This document shows positions 1 through 10,027 of a stretch of DNA of 64,000 nucleotides, piece by piece. Each line of letters starts with the position of its first letter. The first letter of the stretch is position 1. A program made the translations under genes and the position numbers. Location: NCBI GenBank assembly GCA_964463155.1, contig CAYXAY010000001.1, positions 1,407 through 65,406 on the forward strand, written 5' to 3'. A model generated the notes under the pieces. The model was not told the origin of the DNA. It worked only from the letters and a program-made list of their open reading frames with translations, and did no database searches. This DNA is from an uncultured archaeon (GTDB lineage: Archaea > Iainarchaeota > Iainarchaeia > Iainarchaeales > CSSED10-239).

Positions 1-1463
1 GATTTAGTTCCGAGGTTTTGTTCTTCCATAAGTTTGATAAGCCCTGCTTCTGTATAATGGATAGGTGGCGTTGTTTCTTTGTCTTCCTTTAATATTTCAA
101 GAACAGGGACAATATCTCCTTTTTTTAAATCAGGCAAAATTGTTTCATTTAATTTAGAGAAATAATATATTTTCTTCCACCCCGGTTCAATAATTGTTTG
201 CCCATTTACTACAAAAGGCGCGTTTTTGATATCTATGATTGCAGAAATGTTTTCGGTTTTTGCATCCTTATAAAGTGTTGCCAAAAATCTTCTAGTTACC
301 AAATCAAATATTTTTTTTTCAGCTCCAACAAGCTTGTTTGAATAACTAACCGGATAGATTGGCGGGTGATCCGTTGTTTCTTTTTCTCCTCTGGAAGGAT
401 GTATGGGATTTGATAATATCTCTTTTGCAATTTCTTTGTAGTCCTTGTCTTGAGAAACAATTTCTACAATTTCTTTAATATTAATTGTTGCAGGATAAAC
501 CGTATTGTCTGTTCTTGGGTAACTAATAAGTCCTTGTTGATACAAATTTTCAGCAATATTCATGGCTTGGTTTGTGCTAATCCCAAAAATACTTGATGCT
601 GCTCTCAAAAAGCTGGTGGTATTAAACGGTTCTGGTCTGTTAAGTGTTTTTTCTTTCTTTGAAACGACCTTAACAATCCCTTCTTTTTCATTCTTGATAT
701 TTTCAAAAATCGTTTTTGCTTTTTCAGTATCAAAAAACTTTCCTTCTTTGTGGTTTCCTGAAAACTTAATCTTGTCTTTTTCAAAATTAGCAATTATTTC
801 AATATATTTCTCAGGAACAAATTTTAATCTTTCAAGTTCCCTTTCAACTACAAAATTCAATAAAGGAGTTTGTACTCTTCCCGCAGAAATGAAAAGTTTT
901 CCTTTTCTGTTTGATACAACAGAAAGATATCTAGTAAGTATTGCCCCCCACAAAAGATCAACTTCTTGACGCGCAAAAACAGAATCTGCGTAATTGAAAT
1001 CAACTTTTCTTAAATTATTAAAAGAATCAATAACTTCCGTTTCTGTTAATGCACTAAAATATGCTCTTTGAAGATTAGCGTTCTTGTTTTGTTCAGCAAC
1101 ATAATTATAAGCCTCCACTCCAATTGCCTCTCCTTCTCTATCAGCGTCTGTTGCAATAATTATATTGTCTAATTTTTCTCTTTTCTTTCTAAGGCAAGAA
1201 ATTATTGCCTTTTCAACCTGAAGATAAGTAAGTTCCTTATCTGCCAAAAGATCAAGAACATAAATGTTCCAATAGTTATTGTCTCCAACAAAATCAACAG
1301 TGTTTATGTGTCCTCTAAGAGGAATTACAAGAGCATTCTGTCCCTCCCAATCAAAAGAAAAGCAATTAACGCCGTTTTCGACTATGGTGTCAAACTTGTT
1401 TCTAGAGAGGATGCTTGCAAGTCTTTTTCCTGCAATGGCTTTCTCTGAAATTATTAGCTGCAT
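1..1463 (-). CDS. topA: Type IA DNA topoisomerase (Toprim + active-site Tyr domains), 5' part; runs off window start
   Basis: Manual translation of minus strand from ATG at 1463: MQLIISEKAIAGKRLASIL (Toprim), ATDADREGE, active-site SYPRTDN; no stop before window edge. Confidence 0.8.
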   Translation of the reverse strand, partial: MQLIISEKAIAGKRLASILSRNKFDTIVENGVNCFSFDWEGQNALVIPLRGHINTVDFVGDNNYWNIYVLDLLADKELTYLQVEKAIISCLRKKREKLDNIIIATDADREGEAIGVEAYNYVAEQNKNANLQRAYFSALTETEVIDSFNNLRKVDFNYADSVFARQEVDLLWGAILTRYLSVVSNRKGKLFISAGRVQTPLLNFVVERELERLKFVPEKYIEIIANFEKDKIKFSGNHKEGKFFDTEKAKTIFENIKNEKEGIVKVVSKKEKTLNRPEPFNTTSFLRAASSIFGISTNQAMNIAENLYQQGLISYPRTDNTVYPATINIKEIVEIVSQDKDYKEIAKEILSNPIHPSRGEKETTDHPPIYPVSYSNKLVGAEKKIFDLVTRRFLATLYKDAKTENISAIIDIKNAPFVVNGQTIIEPGWKKIYYFSKLNETILPDLKKGDIVPVLEILKEDKETTPPIHYTEAGLIKLMEEQNLGTK

Positions 1464-1472
1464 TTTAATTCA

Positions 1473-1943
1473 TTAAAAAGTAGTTTGTAGTATTTTTCTT
1501 GGAAGATTCTTACTATTCTTGTGCTCCTTTAATATTGTAAGTATGCTTGCCTTTGTTATACCATCAATCTTGAAGATACTATCTAATAGTGCCCTTAAGT
1601 CAGACTTGTCAAGAGCCATGGCCCTAGCAAGAACATTATATTCTCCAGTGACCTCAACAACTTCCTTTAGATCTTCCATTTCTTTTAATTTTTTTATGAT
1701 TTCGTTTTGTTTAGATGGGTCAATGGTAATTAATATTTCAACCTTTTCGTTAAAACCAAGAACCTCATAATCAATCTCTGTAGTAATTGATTTTATTATT
1801 CCTCTTTGTATCAACCTATCAAGTCTTTTCTTTATAGCAACGTCTGTTAGATTTATGTCTTTTGCAATATTTGCAAATGACATTCTTCCATTGATTGCTA
1901 ATTGTTCAATTATATATTTATCTATTTTATCAATTATCTGCAT
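1473..1943 (-). CDS. Lrp/AsnC family transcriptional regulator
   Basis: N-terminal HTH (IIEQLAINGRMSFANIAKDINLTDVAIKKRLDRL) plus C-terminal RAM-like domain; 156 aa. Confidence 0.8.
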   Translation of the reverse strand: MQIIDKIDKYIIEQLAINGRMSFANIAKDINLTDVAIKKRLDRLIQRGIIKSITTEIDYEVLGFNEKVEILITIDPSKQNEIIKKLKEMEDLKEVVEVTGEYNVLARAMALDKSDLRALLDSIFKIDGITKASILTILKEHKNSKNLPRKILQTTF

Positions 1944-1960
1944 ACTAAATCTTTCCTATT

Positions 1961-2674
1961 TTATCTTATTGGCTTTAACAAATGATATTTGTCCAAATAA
2001 ACTTCTGTTTTTAATATTTCAATAAATGGTATAACAAACATCACAAAGAACGCCGTTGCAATTATCGGTCCTGCAAATACTCCAAACAAAACATCAATAA
2101 TGTAGGTTATAAGTAGCAAAATAAACACCGTCAAGAAAAGATACACAAAATATATCCAGTTCTTTCTAATGTAGTTTAAATTTATAACTAACGCGTATTC
2201 TGCACTTTGTTTTTCCATAACAATGATTTGTGGGATAAACCAAAACAATATGGTTATGACTAGCAACACAATGTTTATGAAAATATTATTTAGCAAACCA
2301 AAATCAAACAAAAAGCAAAGAGCCAAATACAAAAGCAAATAGAATGAAACATTGAATTTAAACAACTCAATAAAAGGCCTTCTTAGTTCCTTAGAATATT
2401 TGCTTTCAAAATCATATTCTCTTTCAACCCTATAAACAATAATTGCTTGAAGCAAAGAATATGCAAATATTATTGCAACAAATGCAATCAAGGTAAGTAT
2501 TATTATCAAGGCATCTTGATTCAAAAGATTATAAGTAATATTCAAACTACCCCCGGAAATACTAAACAAAGGATTTACTAAAAACAAAGTAAATATCAAC
2601 AATAGACTTGTTGCAAAGACTAGCTTGATATTTTGCATATATTTCTTTAACGCTATATTAATGTCCAGACTCAT
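1961..2674 (-). CDS. Hypothetical polytopic membrane protein
   Basis: 237 aa, multiple hydrophobic helices, no recognisable motifs. Confidence 0.4.
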   Translation of the reverse strand: MSLDINIALKKYMQNIKLVFATSLLLIFTLFLVNPLFSISGGSLNITYNLLNQDALIIILTLIAFVAIIFAYSLLQAIIVYRVEREYDFESKYSKELRRPFIELFKFNVSFYLLLYLALCFLFDFGLLNNIFINIVLLVITILFWFIPQIIVMEKQSAEYALVINLNYIRKNWIYFVYLFLTVFILLLITYIIDVLFGVFAGPIIATAFFVMFVIPFIEILKTEVYLDKYHLLKPIR

Positions 2675-2756
2675 AAAATCAACTCTTTATTTTTCTAATT
2701 TTTGACAAATTATTGTTTAGTTTATATAATATATTGACAGATTTCTTTTTAAATAA

Positions 2757-3983
2757 TTAACTTTTATTAGAAATAACCTTTCCAACTAGATACCTTGCCT
2801 TTGTCTCAGTTATCTTTACTTTTATTGTTTTTGAAAGCTCATAGTCACCAAATACAACAACCTGCTTATATTCTTTTGTTCTTCCTATGCTTGTTTTGTT
2901 TTTTCCTTTTTCAGTAATTAGTATTTCTTTTGTATTTCCAATAAGTTTTTTGTTGTTATCAACAGCAATTTTTAAGCAAAGCGCAGTTACAATCCTTGAT
3001 CTTTCTTTTTTAATTCTTCCCGGGAGGTCCTTATATTTGTTTGCCTCAATTCCTTTTCTTTTTCCAAACCGCGAAACATTAACAACATCAAATTTGCATT
3101 TTTTTATAGTTTCTAATGTTTCTTGAAATTCTTTTTCCGTTTCTGTTGGGAAACCAACAATAATGTCTGTTGTAAGAGTCAAGTCTTTTATGTTTTTTCT
3201 AAAATAAGAAACCAAGTCAAGATATTCTTTTTTGGAATAATATCTATTCATTTTCTTTAAAACAACATTGCTTGCGCTTTGAATAGGGAGATGCAAGAAT
3301 TTATACATTTTTTCTGATTTCATAACTTCAACAATTTCTTTTTTATAATTTTTGAAATGTTGCGGGTTGCCCATCCCAAGCCGTATTTTAAAGTTTTCAG
3401 GAACTTTTATTATTTCTTTTAAAAGCTTTCCAATATCTGTTTTTATATCTATACCATAACACCCAGTATCTTGAGCGGTAAGAAGTATTTCTTTTGCGCC
3501 ATTTTCCACTGCGCCAATAACTTCTTTTTTTATTTCTTCAACATCCTTGCTTTTAAGTTTGCCTCTTGCAAACTTGACTGCGCAATATGCGCAATTTCCA
3601 AGACAACCATTTGCAATGATTATTGCCTTTGTTAGTTTGTGTTCTTTTGATTGGTTATTTCTGTATTTGTCAAGATAAGAGATTAGTTTTTTCTTATCTT
3701 TGATTCCAACAAATTTAGCATTTGGCAAAAGTTCTTTTAGAGTCTTTGAATCAATATCCACAAGGCAACCAGTAATTATGATTTCCTTGTTCTTTAAAAC
3801 ATCAAAATTATCAGAAATATATTTGTAAATTTTTGTTTCTGTTTGTTCTTTGACACCACAGGTATTGATTATAACAATATTTGCGTTTTTTTCTGTTTTT
3901 GCAAAATACATTCCAGAGACAATATCTTGACTATCTCTTTGGTTTAAGGTACAACCAAATGTTTTAATAAAAATAGTTTTCAT
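2757..3983 (-). CDS. MiaB-like radical-SAM methylthiotransferase (archaeal MtaB/CDKAL1-type tRNA modification enzyme)
   Basis: N-terminal MTTase domain (IFIKTFGCTLNQRDS), radical SAM CxxxCxxC (CLGNCAYC), C-terminal TRAM-like region; 408 aa. Confidence 0.8.
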   Translation of the reverse strand: MKTIFIKTFGCTLNQRDSQDIVSGMYFAKTEKNANIVIINTCGVKEQTETKIYKYISDNFDVLKNKEIIITGCLVDIDSKTLKELLPNAKFVGIKDKKKLISYLDKYRNNQSKEHKLTKAIIIANGCLGNCAYCAVKFARGKLKSKDVEEIKKEVIGAVENGAKEILLTAQDTGCYGIDIKTDIGKLLKEIIKVPENFKIRLGMGNPQHFKNYKKEIVEVMKSEKMYKFLHLPIQSASNVVLKKMNRYYSKKEYLDLVSYFRKNIKDLTLTTDIIVGFPTETEKEFQETLETIKKCKFDVVNVSRFGKRKGIEANKYKDLPGRIKKERSRIVTALCLKIAVDNNKKLIGNTKEILITEKGKNKTSIGRTKEYKQVVVFGDYELSKTIKVKITETKARYLVGKVISNKS

Positions 3984-3992
3984 AATTTTTAA

Positions 3993-4379
3993 TTATTTTT
4001 TAGAAGCAATTATTCCAATTGCTCCGGCTATAACAAATCCAAAAAATGAAGATGAGATAAACTGTTGCCAAAACCGCAAATCCCTTGGAACCGCCATATT
4101 ATTTAATACAACGTACAATTCATAAGCAAAAATATAAACAACAATATAATAACAAATAATTGAAATCACAATAAACAATGCAAATATAGTCCATTTATTC
4201 CAGTTAGTATATTCTTCAATGACTGGCATTACAAGAAACATTCCAAAGAACGAAACAATCGGCAAAAGAATATACATTGGGCTTGTAAAGAAATTGTCCT
4301 TTGCTAAAAAATAATAGACAACTTGCGCCAAAACATAAGCCAAAATAAAAAATAAACTGATTTTAAGGATTTTAGTCAT
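3993..4379 (-). CDS. Small hypothetical membrane protein
   Basis: 128 aa, 3-4 predicted TM helices. Confidence 0.35.
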   Translation of the reverse strand: MTKILKISLFFILAYVLAQVVYYFLAKDNFFTSPMYILLPIVSFFGMFLVMPVIEEYTNWNKWTIFALFIVISIICYYIVVYIFAYELYVVLNNMAVPRDLRFWQQFISSSFFGFVIAGAIGIIASKK

Positions 4380-4523
4380 CTATATCACTAAATATATTCT
4401 ACTCCAAAAGAGTTTTAAATAGTTTAGAAAATTAAAAGAATATATTTAAAAACAAGTTGTTAAACAAATAAAATAGTTATATAATATATTAGTTAGTTAC
4501 AATAAAATTTAAATGGAACAATT

Positions 4524-5486
4524 ATGATTAGCGCCTCAGCACCATGGACTGAAAAATACAGACCTCAAATACTTGATTATATATCAGGCCAAAAACACGT
4601 TGTTCTAAAACTTAAAAAATATGTTGAAACCAAATCAATACCAAACATGCTTTTTGCTGGACCGCCAGGAGTTGGTAAAACCTGTTGCGCAATTGCATTA
4701 GCAAAAGAATTATTTAAAGATGGTTATTCCCAAGATTTCTTGGAATTAAACGCCAGTGATGAAAGAGGAATAGGAGTTGTTAGAGGAGCAATAAAAGATT
4801 TTGCAAGAACCATGGCGCTAACATCAAATTTCAAAATTATATTTCTAGACGAAGCAGATGCTTTAACCCCCGAAGCGCAACAAGCATTAAGAAGAACAAT
4901 GGAAAAATACACTAACACCGTAAGATTTATTTTAAACGCAAACTATTCTTCTAAATTGATCCCGCCAATACAAAGCAGATGCGCATTATTCAAATTTAAA
5001 CCATTAACAAAAGAAGACATTAAAGACAGAATAGAATATATTGTTAAAGAAGAAAAACTAAAGATTGATAAAGAAGCAATTGAAGCAATTAACGAGGTTT
5101 GCGAAGGCGACTTAAGAACTGCGATCAATCTTTTGCAGACCGCTGCGTCAACTAACAATCACATAACAGAAAAAGAAATTTACATAGTTTCAAATTCTGC
5201 TCAGCCACAAGACATAATACATTTAATTGATGCTTGTCTTTCAAAGGATTTCTTAAAAGCAAGAACAACACTTGAAACTTTGCTGTTTGATCACGGCCTT
5301 TCCGGAGAAGACATAATCAATCACATCTATAAAAAAATAATAACCTATCCTGAAAACAAAATAAGCACTAACAAAAAACTAAAAATCATTGACAAGATTG
5401 CAGAATTTAATTACAGATTAGTGCAAGGCGCAAATGACAGAATTCAACTTGAAGCATTAATCTCACAAATAATATTAATTGAGTAG
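4524..5486 (+). CDS. rfcS: Replication factor C small subunit
   Basis: AAA+ clamp-loader motifs: GPPGVGKT Walker A, DEAD Walker B, SRC motif (SRCALF); 320 aa. Confidence 0.9.
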   Translation: MISASAPWTEKYRPQILDYISGQKHVVLKLKKYVETKSIPNMLFAGPPGVGKTCCAIALAKELFKDGYSQDFLELNASDERGIGVVRGAIKDFARTMALTSNFKIIFLDEADALTPEAQQALRRTMEKYTNTVRFILNANYSSKLIPPIQSRCALFKFKPLTKEDIKDRIEYIVKEEKLKIDKEAIEAINEVCEGDLRTAINLLQTAASTNNHITEKEIYIVSNSAQPQDIIHLIDACLSKDFLKARTTLETLLFDHGLSGEDIINHIYKKIITYPENKISTNKKLKIIDKIAEFNYRLVQGANDRIQLEALISQIILIE

Positions 5487-5497
5487 GTGAAAAAAAC

Positions 5498-7249
5498 TTG
5501 GTAACAACATCATACATAGACGAATTAAAAGAACAAATGGCAAAGGACTTAGAAAAGGCCAACAAAAACATTGAAGATAAAAAAGCAAAAGAGGAACAAA
5601 AAACAATCGCGCCTCCTGAAACAAAATCCATTATTTCATCAAATGAAACAAAACTGGATAATATTAAGGACACTTCTAAATCATCAGCCACAGATGATCT
5701 TGACCAGTTTGTGCCAAGGCAGACAAGTGAGTCAATAAAAACCTTTATGACTACAATAAAAAATGACAAGGAAGCAGACATTTTAATTTCTAAATGGGAA
5801 TCAACAGGAAAGCTTGTAACAAAATATGCGGACACAGAAATCTACAGGGTTCTAGACGAACCTCTTCTTTATTATAAAACATCAATACCAAAACCATCCC
5901 CAAACCAAAAACTAATAATAAACACATTAAAGGAAGCAACGACCAGACTAATAACAACAGACCCTTATAAGATCAGAGACCCAATCCAAAGACAAAACAT
6001 TTATTACCAAAAAATTTTAGAGATTCTAGAAAACGCTCCAGAAATCAATGTTCCAAAGCATTTGTTTGACTTCTACGCTAAAGCGGTTGTTACTGAAATG
6101 GTTGGCTTTGGTATGATTGATACTTTGATTCACGACACAAAGCTTGAAGAAATAATGATTATTGGTCCAAAAAAGCCAGTATATATTTATCACAGAGACT
6201 ATGGAATGATGTATACCAACATTATTTTCTACACAGACGAAGAAATACAAGACATCATTGACAAGATTGCAAGAGTTCTTGGAAGAAGAGTAGACATCTC
6301 TAATCCATTACTAGATGCTAGACTTCCAGACGGCTCTCGTGTAAATGCAACAATACCACCGGCATCAATTGATGGTTCAACAATAACTATTAGAAAATTT
6401 AGAGAGGACCCTTACACAATCGTGGACTTGATAAACTTTTCAACAATCAATATGGAAGTGGCAGCATTCCTTTGGTGTGCGGTTGATGGCATGGGCGCAA
6501 AACCAGCAAACCTATTAATCTCTGGTGGAACTGGTTCTGGTAAAACAACATTACTAAATGTTCTTGCAAACTTTATTCCAAATTCAAGTAGAGTTCTAAC
6601 AATTGAAGACACTGCAGAATTAAAACTTCCAATAAAACACATAATAAGATTTGAAGGAAAGCCTCCGGGTTTAGAAGGAACAGGAGAATTAACTCTTGAC
6701 ATCCTTGTAAAAAACACTTTAAGAATGAGACCCGACAGAATAATAGTGGGCGAAATCAGACACGCAGAAGCAAGCACGTTGTTTACTGCCATGAATACAG
6801 GTCACGACGGCTGTATGGGAACAATACACGCTAACACAGCAAGAGAAACCCTTGTAAGAATAACTTCTCCACCAATGGATGTTCCAATGCTAATGCTTGC
6901 CGGTCTAGACTTTATTGTTGTTGAAAAAAGAATGAACACCACCAGAGGTTTGGTCAGAAGAATAATTGAAGTTGCAGAGATTACAGGGGTCTATGAAAAC
7001 AATCCAAAATGTAATACGATCTTTAGATGGAACCCTCAAACAGACAATCTTGAAAGAACACCTGAGCCAATAAGATACTTTGATATTATAAAAACCTATA
7101 CAAAAAACACAGATGCAGATATTAAGGCAATTGTGGAGAAAAAGATAAGTATTTTAAATGGTTTAGTTAAAAAGAATATTAGGTCCATAGATGAGGTTTC
7201 AAAGGTCGTCCAGGATACTTACACTCAAGAAATGAAGCCCAATATGTGA
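5498..7249 (+). CDS. Type IV filament assembly ATPase (FlaI/TadA/VirB11 family)
   Basis: Walker A GGTGSGKTT, RIIVGEIRHAEA Walker B/Asp box, His box GHDGCMGTIHANTA; TTG start at 5498, alternative ATG downstream. Confidence 0.85.
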   Translation: MVTTSYIDELKEQMAKDLEKANKNIEDKKAKEEQKTIAPPETKSIISSNETKLDNIKDTSKSSATDDLDQFVPRQTSESIKTFMTTIKNDKEADILISKWESTGKLVTKYADTEIYRVLDEPLLYYKTSIPKPSPNQKLIINTLKEATTRLITTDPYKIRDPIQRQNIYYQKILEILENAPEINVPKHLFDFYAKAVVTEMVGFGMIDTLIHDTKLEEIMIIGPKKPVYIYHRDYGMMYTNIIFYTDEEIQDIIDKIARVLGRRVDISNPLLDARLPDGSRVNATIPPASIDGSTITIRKFREDPYTIVDLINFSTINMEVAAFLWCAVDGMGAKPANLLISGGTGSGKTTLLNVLANFIPNSSRVLTIEDTAELKLPIKHIIRFEGKPPGLEGTGELTLDILVKNTLRMRPDRIIVGEIRHAEASTLFTAMNTGHDGCMGTIHANTARETLVRITSPPMDVPMLMLAGLDFIVVEKRMNTTRGLVRRIIEVAEITGVYENNPKCNTIFRWNPQTDNLERTPEPIRYFDIIKTYTKNTDADIKAIVEKKISILNGLVKKNIRSIDEVSKVVQDTYTQEMKPNM

Positions 7250-8403
7250 TTTTTAAAATGCAAGAAGATGATAAAAATTTAAAAAATTTTAAAAAAGAAC
7301 TGGAGAAAGACGAGTCAAAGCCAACAATTGATTTGGATGCTGTTCAAAACATAGTTTCTAAATTAAAAGATAAAGACAGAGTAAAAGGGCTTTCAGGAAC
7401 TGTTTCTGAAGGACACTTAAAGGAATTAAGAGACATCATTTCTGAAGGAAAGCTTGCAAAATTAAATGTTGATACAGAAACAAAACTTCTTGCTAACTCT
7501 GAGTCACAAATCAATAAAGGGGCAGTAAAGATTTATGGCGCCTTTCAAGGGCCCATTAATGCTATTGTCAAATCAATAATCAAGCAAAGCATAGGAAGAA
7601 AAATCGCATTTTATTTATATTCTGCAGGCACAAAAAAAACTCTTGTTCAACATCTTGTTCTTTCAGTCATCTATTCTTTAATAGTGACTGTAGGACTTGG
7701 TTTTTTTATGCTAATAATACTTGCAATAGTTAATCCGTTGTTTTTGATATTCTGGCCTGCAATAATCATATTTGTGTTTATATTTGCATTAATATCATTT
7801 GCTTATCTTGTGCCTATGCAAAAGGCAAGGCTTAGAGGAATAATGATTGACACAGAGCTTCCATATGTTCTAAGACACATATCAACAGAGTTACAGGCGG
7901 GCATTGGTCTTTACAAGACATTACAGTCTGTTGCAAAAAACGATTATGGTGTTTTGTCAGAGGAAATGGCAAGAACAATAATTGAGATAGAAAATGGAAC
8001 AGACACAAAAACAGCACTAAGGCACATGGCTCTAAGAAGTCAATCAAAAAGCTTTAACATAGCAATCTTTCATATTGTAAGAACATTAAACACAGGTGGC
8101 AATCTTTCACAAAGTATTGATAGTGTTGCTAACACAGTTTCCTTTGAATTACTAGAGTCTTCAAAACAGTTTGGAGAAAAAATGAATTTCTTTGGAATAA
8201 TATTTATTTTTGTTGCAATTGTTCTTCCAGTGTTTTTAGCAATATTAAGTGCTATTGCAAACGCACCGATTGGACAAGATGGTTCTTTGTTTCTTCCAGG
8301 AGTACTGACTCCAACATTACTAACTATAGTTTATTTGGTAGTAATGCCTGCAATCTTTGTGTTTATATCCTATTATATTAAGATGATAGAACCAAAAATG
8401 TAA
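7246..8403 (+). CDS. TadC/FlaJ-like pilus platform membrane protein (T2SSF domain)
   Basis: T2SSF-type cytoplasmic domain followed by TM helices; overlaps ATPase stop by 4 nt. Confidence 0.7.
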   Translation: MIFKMQEDDKNLKNFKKELEKDESKPTIDLDAVQNIVSKLKDKDRVKGLSGTVSEGHLKELRDIISEGKLAKLNVDTETKLLANSESQINKGAVKIYGAFQGPINAIVKSIIKQSIGRKIAFYLYSAGTKKTLVQHLVLSVIYSLIVTVGLGFFMLIILAIVNPLFLIFWPAIIIFVFIFALISFAYLVPMQKARLRGIMIDTELPYVLRHISTELQAGIGLYKTLQSVAKNDYGVLSEEMARTIIEIENGTDTKTALRHMALRSQSKSFNIAIFHIVRTLNTGGNLSQSIDSVANTVSFELLESSKQFGEKMNFFGIIFIFVAIVLPVFLAILSAIANAPIGQDGSLFLPGVLTPTLLTIVYLVVMPAIFVFISYYIKMIEPKM

Positions 8404-8416
8404 ACGAGTAGAAAAA

Positions 8417-9352
8417 ATGGCAAATACATTAAAAGAATCGTTAGATAGATACCAAATATATCTTTATTCAATGAAAATAAAGATGAAAGCACTTTATTGG
8501 TTTGCATTAATAATAGTTGTTGCTGTGATTTTTGGAGGGCTTTTTGTATTTTTAGATGTGATGTTTAAAGGTTCTGGCGCATTAACAAAGGTTGGTTTTC
8601 TGGTTTTTGCAATAACTCTTAATTTAGGTCTTGGTCTCCCGTATTATAAATATTTTAAGAATCTTGAACTTATTGAAAAATATTGGCCCGATTCCTTAAG
8701 ACTTATTGCAGACACTATGAAATCAGGTTCATCACTTGACTATGCTATAAGAGAAGCAAGTTCTGCTGATTTTGGACCGTTGTCTTTGGAGTTTAATGAA
8801 ATTATAAGAAGACTAGAGATGGGAGACACCATGTCTCAAGCACTTAACCACATGTCTCTAAGAATAGAATCTAAGATTGTAAGAAGAACAATAACATTGA
8901 TTCAAGAATGTTTAAAGACAGGGGCTCAGCTTGCTGATGTCCTAGAGGAAATTGCTCAAGACACCAAGCAGGTGTTTAGAATAAAAAAAGAAAGGGAAAC
9001 AAAAACACTTCTACAAGTTATTTTTATTTTTGCAGCAGGAGCAGTTATTGCACCGTTTATCTTTGGTCTTACAAATGTGATTACGGTCTTTTTAACTAAC
9101 ATTTCAGCTAACTCCGGGGTTGCTTCTGCTGACGCTCTTGCTAAATCAATAGTAGCTCAAAAGACAATGAGTTTGCTTCTAGATGCTTACCTATTACTGG
9201 AAGTTGCAGCTGCTTCAGTAATCATTAGTCTTATGAGATCAGGAACGTTTACAAATGCAATTGCGTTTTTCCCGGCCATGATAACAATAGCATATATAGT
9301 TTACATTGTTTCTCAAGCAACAATAAATGGAATATTAATTGGAGTTGTATAG
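8417..9352 (+). CDS. TadB/TadC-like second platform membrane protein (T2SSF domain)
   Basis: T2SSF-like domain (LRLIADTMKSGSSLDYAI... LADVLEEIAQD) plus TM helices; paired with upstream TadC-like gene. Confidence 0.65.
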   Translation: MANTLKESLDRYQIYLYSMKIKMKALYWFALIIVVAVIFGGLFVFLDVMFKGSGALTKVGFLVFAITLNLGLGLPYYKYFKNLELIEKYWPDSLRLIADTMKSGSSLDYAIREASSADFGPLSLEFNEIIRRLEMGDTMSQALNHMSLRIESKIVRRTITLIQECLKTGAQLADVLEEIAQDTKQVFRIKKERETKTLLQVIFIFAAGAVIAPFIFGLTNVITVFLTNISANSGVASADALAKSIVAQKTMSLLLDAYLLLEVAAASVIISLMRSGTFTNAIAFFPAMITIAYIVYIVSQATINGILIGVV

Positions 9353-9355
9353 ATT

Positions 9356-9538
9356 ATGAATAGATTAAAAAAATTATTAAAGGAAAAAAGAGGGCAAGTA
9401 AGCCTTGAAGTGTTGTTGATTGTTGGAATAATTGTTCTTGCAGCAATACTTGTTGGTTATTATCTAAAGCAAATATCTTATAACAACAGCCAAAAAGTAA
9501 AACAATATACTGAAGCAACAACTTCTGGCAGATCATAA
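9356..9538 (+). CDS. Flp-like small type IV prepilin (60 aa)
   Basis: Class III signal peptide KRG|QVSLEVLLIVGIIVLAAILV with Glu at +5; Flp-pilin length. Confidence 0.75.
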   Translation: MNRLKKLLKEKRGQVSLEVLLIVGIIVLAAILVGYYLKQISYNNSQKVKQYTEATTSGRS

Positions 9539-9553
9539 ATCGGTGATTTTCGG

Positions 9554-10024
9554 ATGTTAAAATTAAACAGAAAAGGGCAGGGCGCTTTAGAGTATCTTTT
9601 GGTAATTGCAGGAGTAATACTTATTGCAATAATTGTAATTTACATAATAGTTACAAGTGGTTCGTCAAGCAGAGATAAGGTAGACGATTCTTATCAAAAA
9701 GTAAACAACCTGACTGACAGCGCAATATTTCCACCAAGAATCAAATCAGTAACTTGTGCTTATAAAGACATTAATACAATAAGATTTAATTTAAGGATCT
9801 TTGAATCCCCAACACCAGGAATTGACACATATTGTCTTTATCTTTCAGGAAGAGACATTAACAGATGTAGCGTTTATTCTGGGGCAACATTAGTTTATGA
9901 TTACAATATACTAACAAACATTGTTGCAATAGACAATAACACATTTAATTTAACATTAATTTCTTTGCTTGATGAGAACAACTTCTCAAACCCAAGCGTT
10001 TCAGAAAGATGCACCATAAGATAA
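9554..10024 (+). CDS. Type IV prepilin (class III signal peptide) with DNTIFPP-like module and Cys-containing beta domain
   Basis: RKG|QGALEYLLVIAGVILIAIIVIY; DSAIFPP motif; YCLYLSG...C; 156 aa. Confidence 0.75.
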   Translation: MLKLNRKGQGALEYLLVIAGVILIAIIVIYIIVTSGSSSRDKVDDSYQKVNNLTDSAIFPPRIKSVTCAYKDINTIRFNLRIFESPTPGIDTYCLYLSGRDINRCSVYSGATLVYDYNILTNIVAIDNNTFNLTLISLLDENNFSNPSVSERCTIR

Positions 10025-10027
10025 AAT

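Noticed and set aside
562-969. Plus-strand 135-aa ORF and several other 60-140-aa ORFs lying antisense to long genes (for example 1279-1476, 2887-3126, 4724-5158, 5407-5835, 6026-6792, 23104-25164, 36056-37651)
   Set aside because: They lie wholly inside well-supported genes on the opposite strand, have low-complexity Leu/Phe/Ser-rich translations typical of AT-rich antisense frames, and lack RBS or promoter context.
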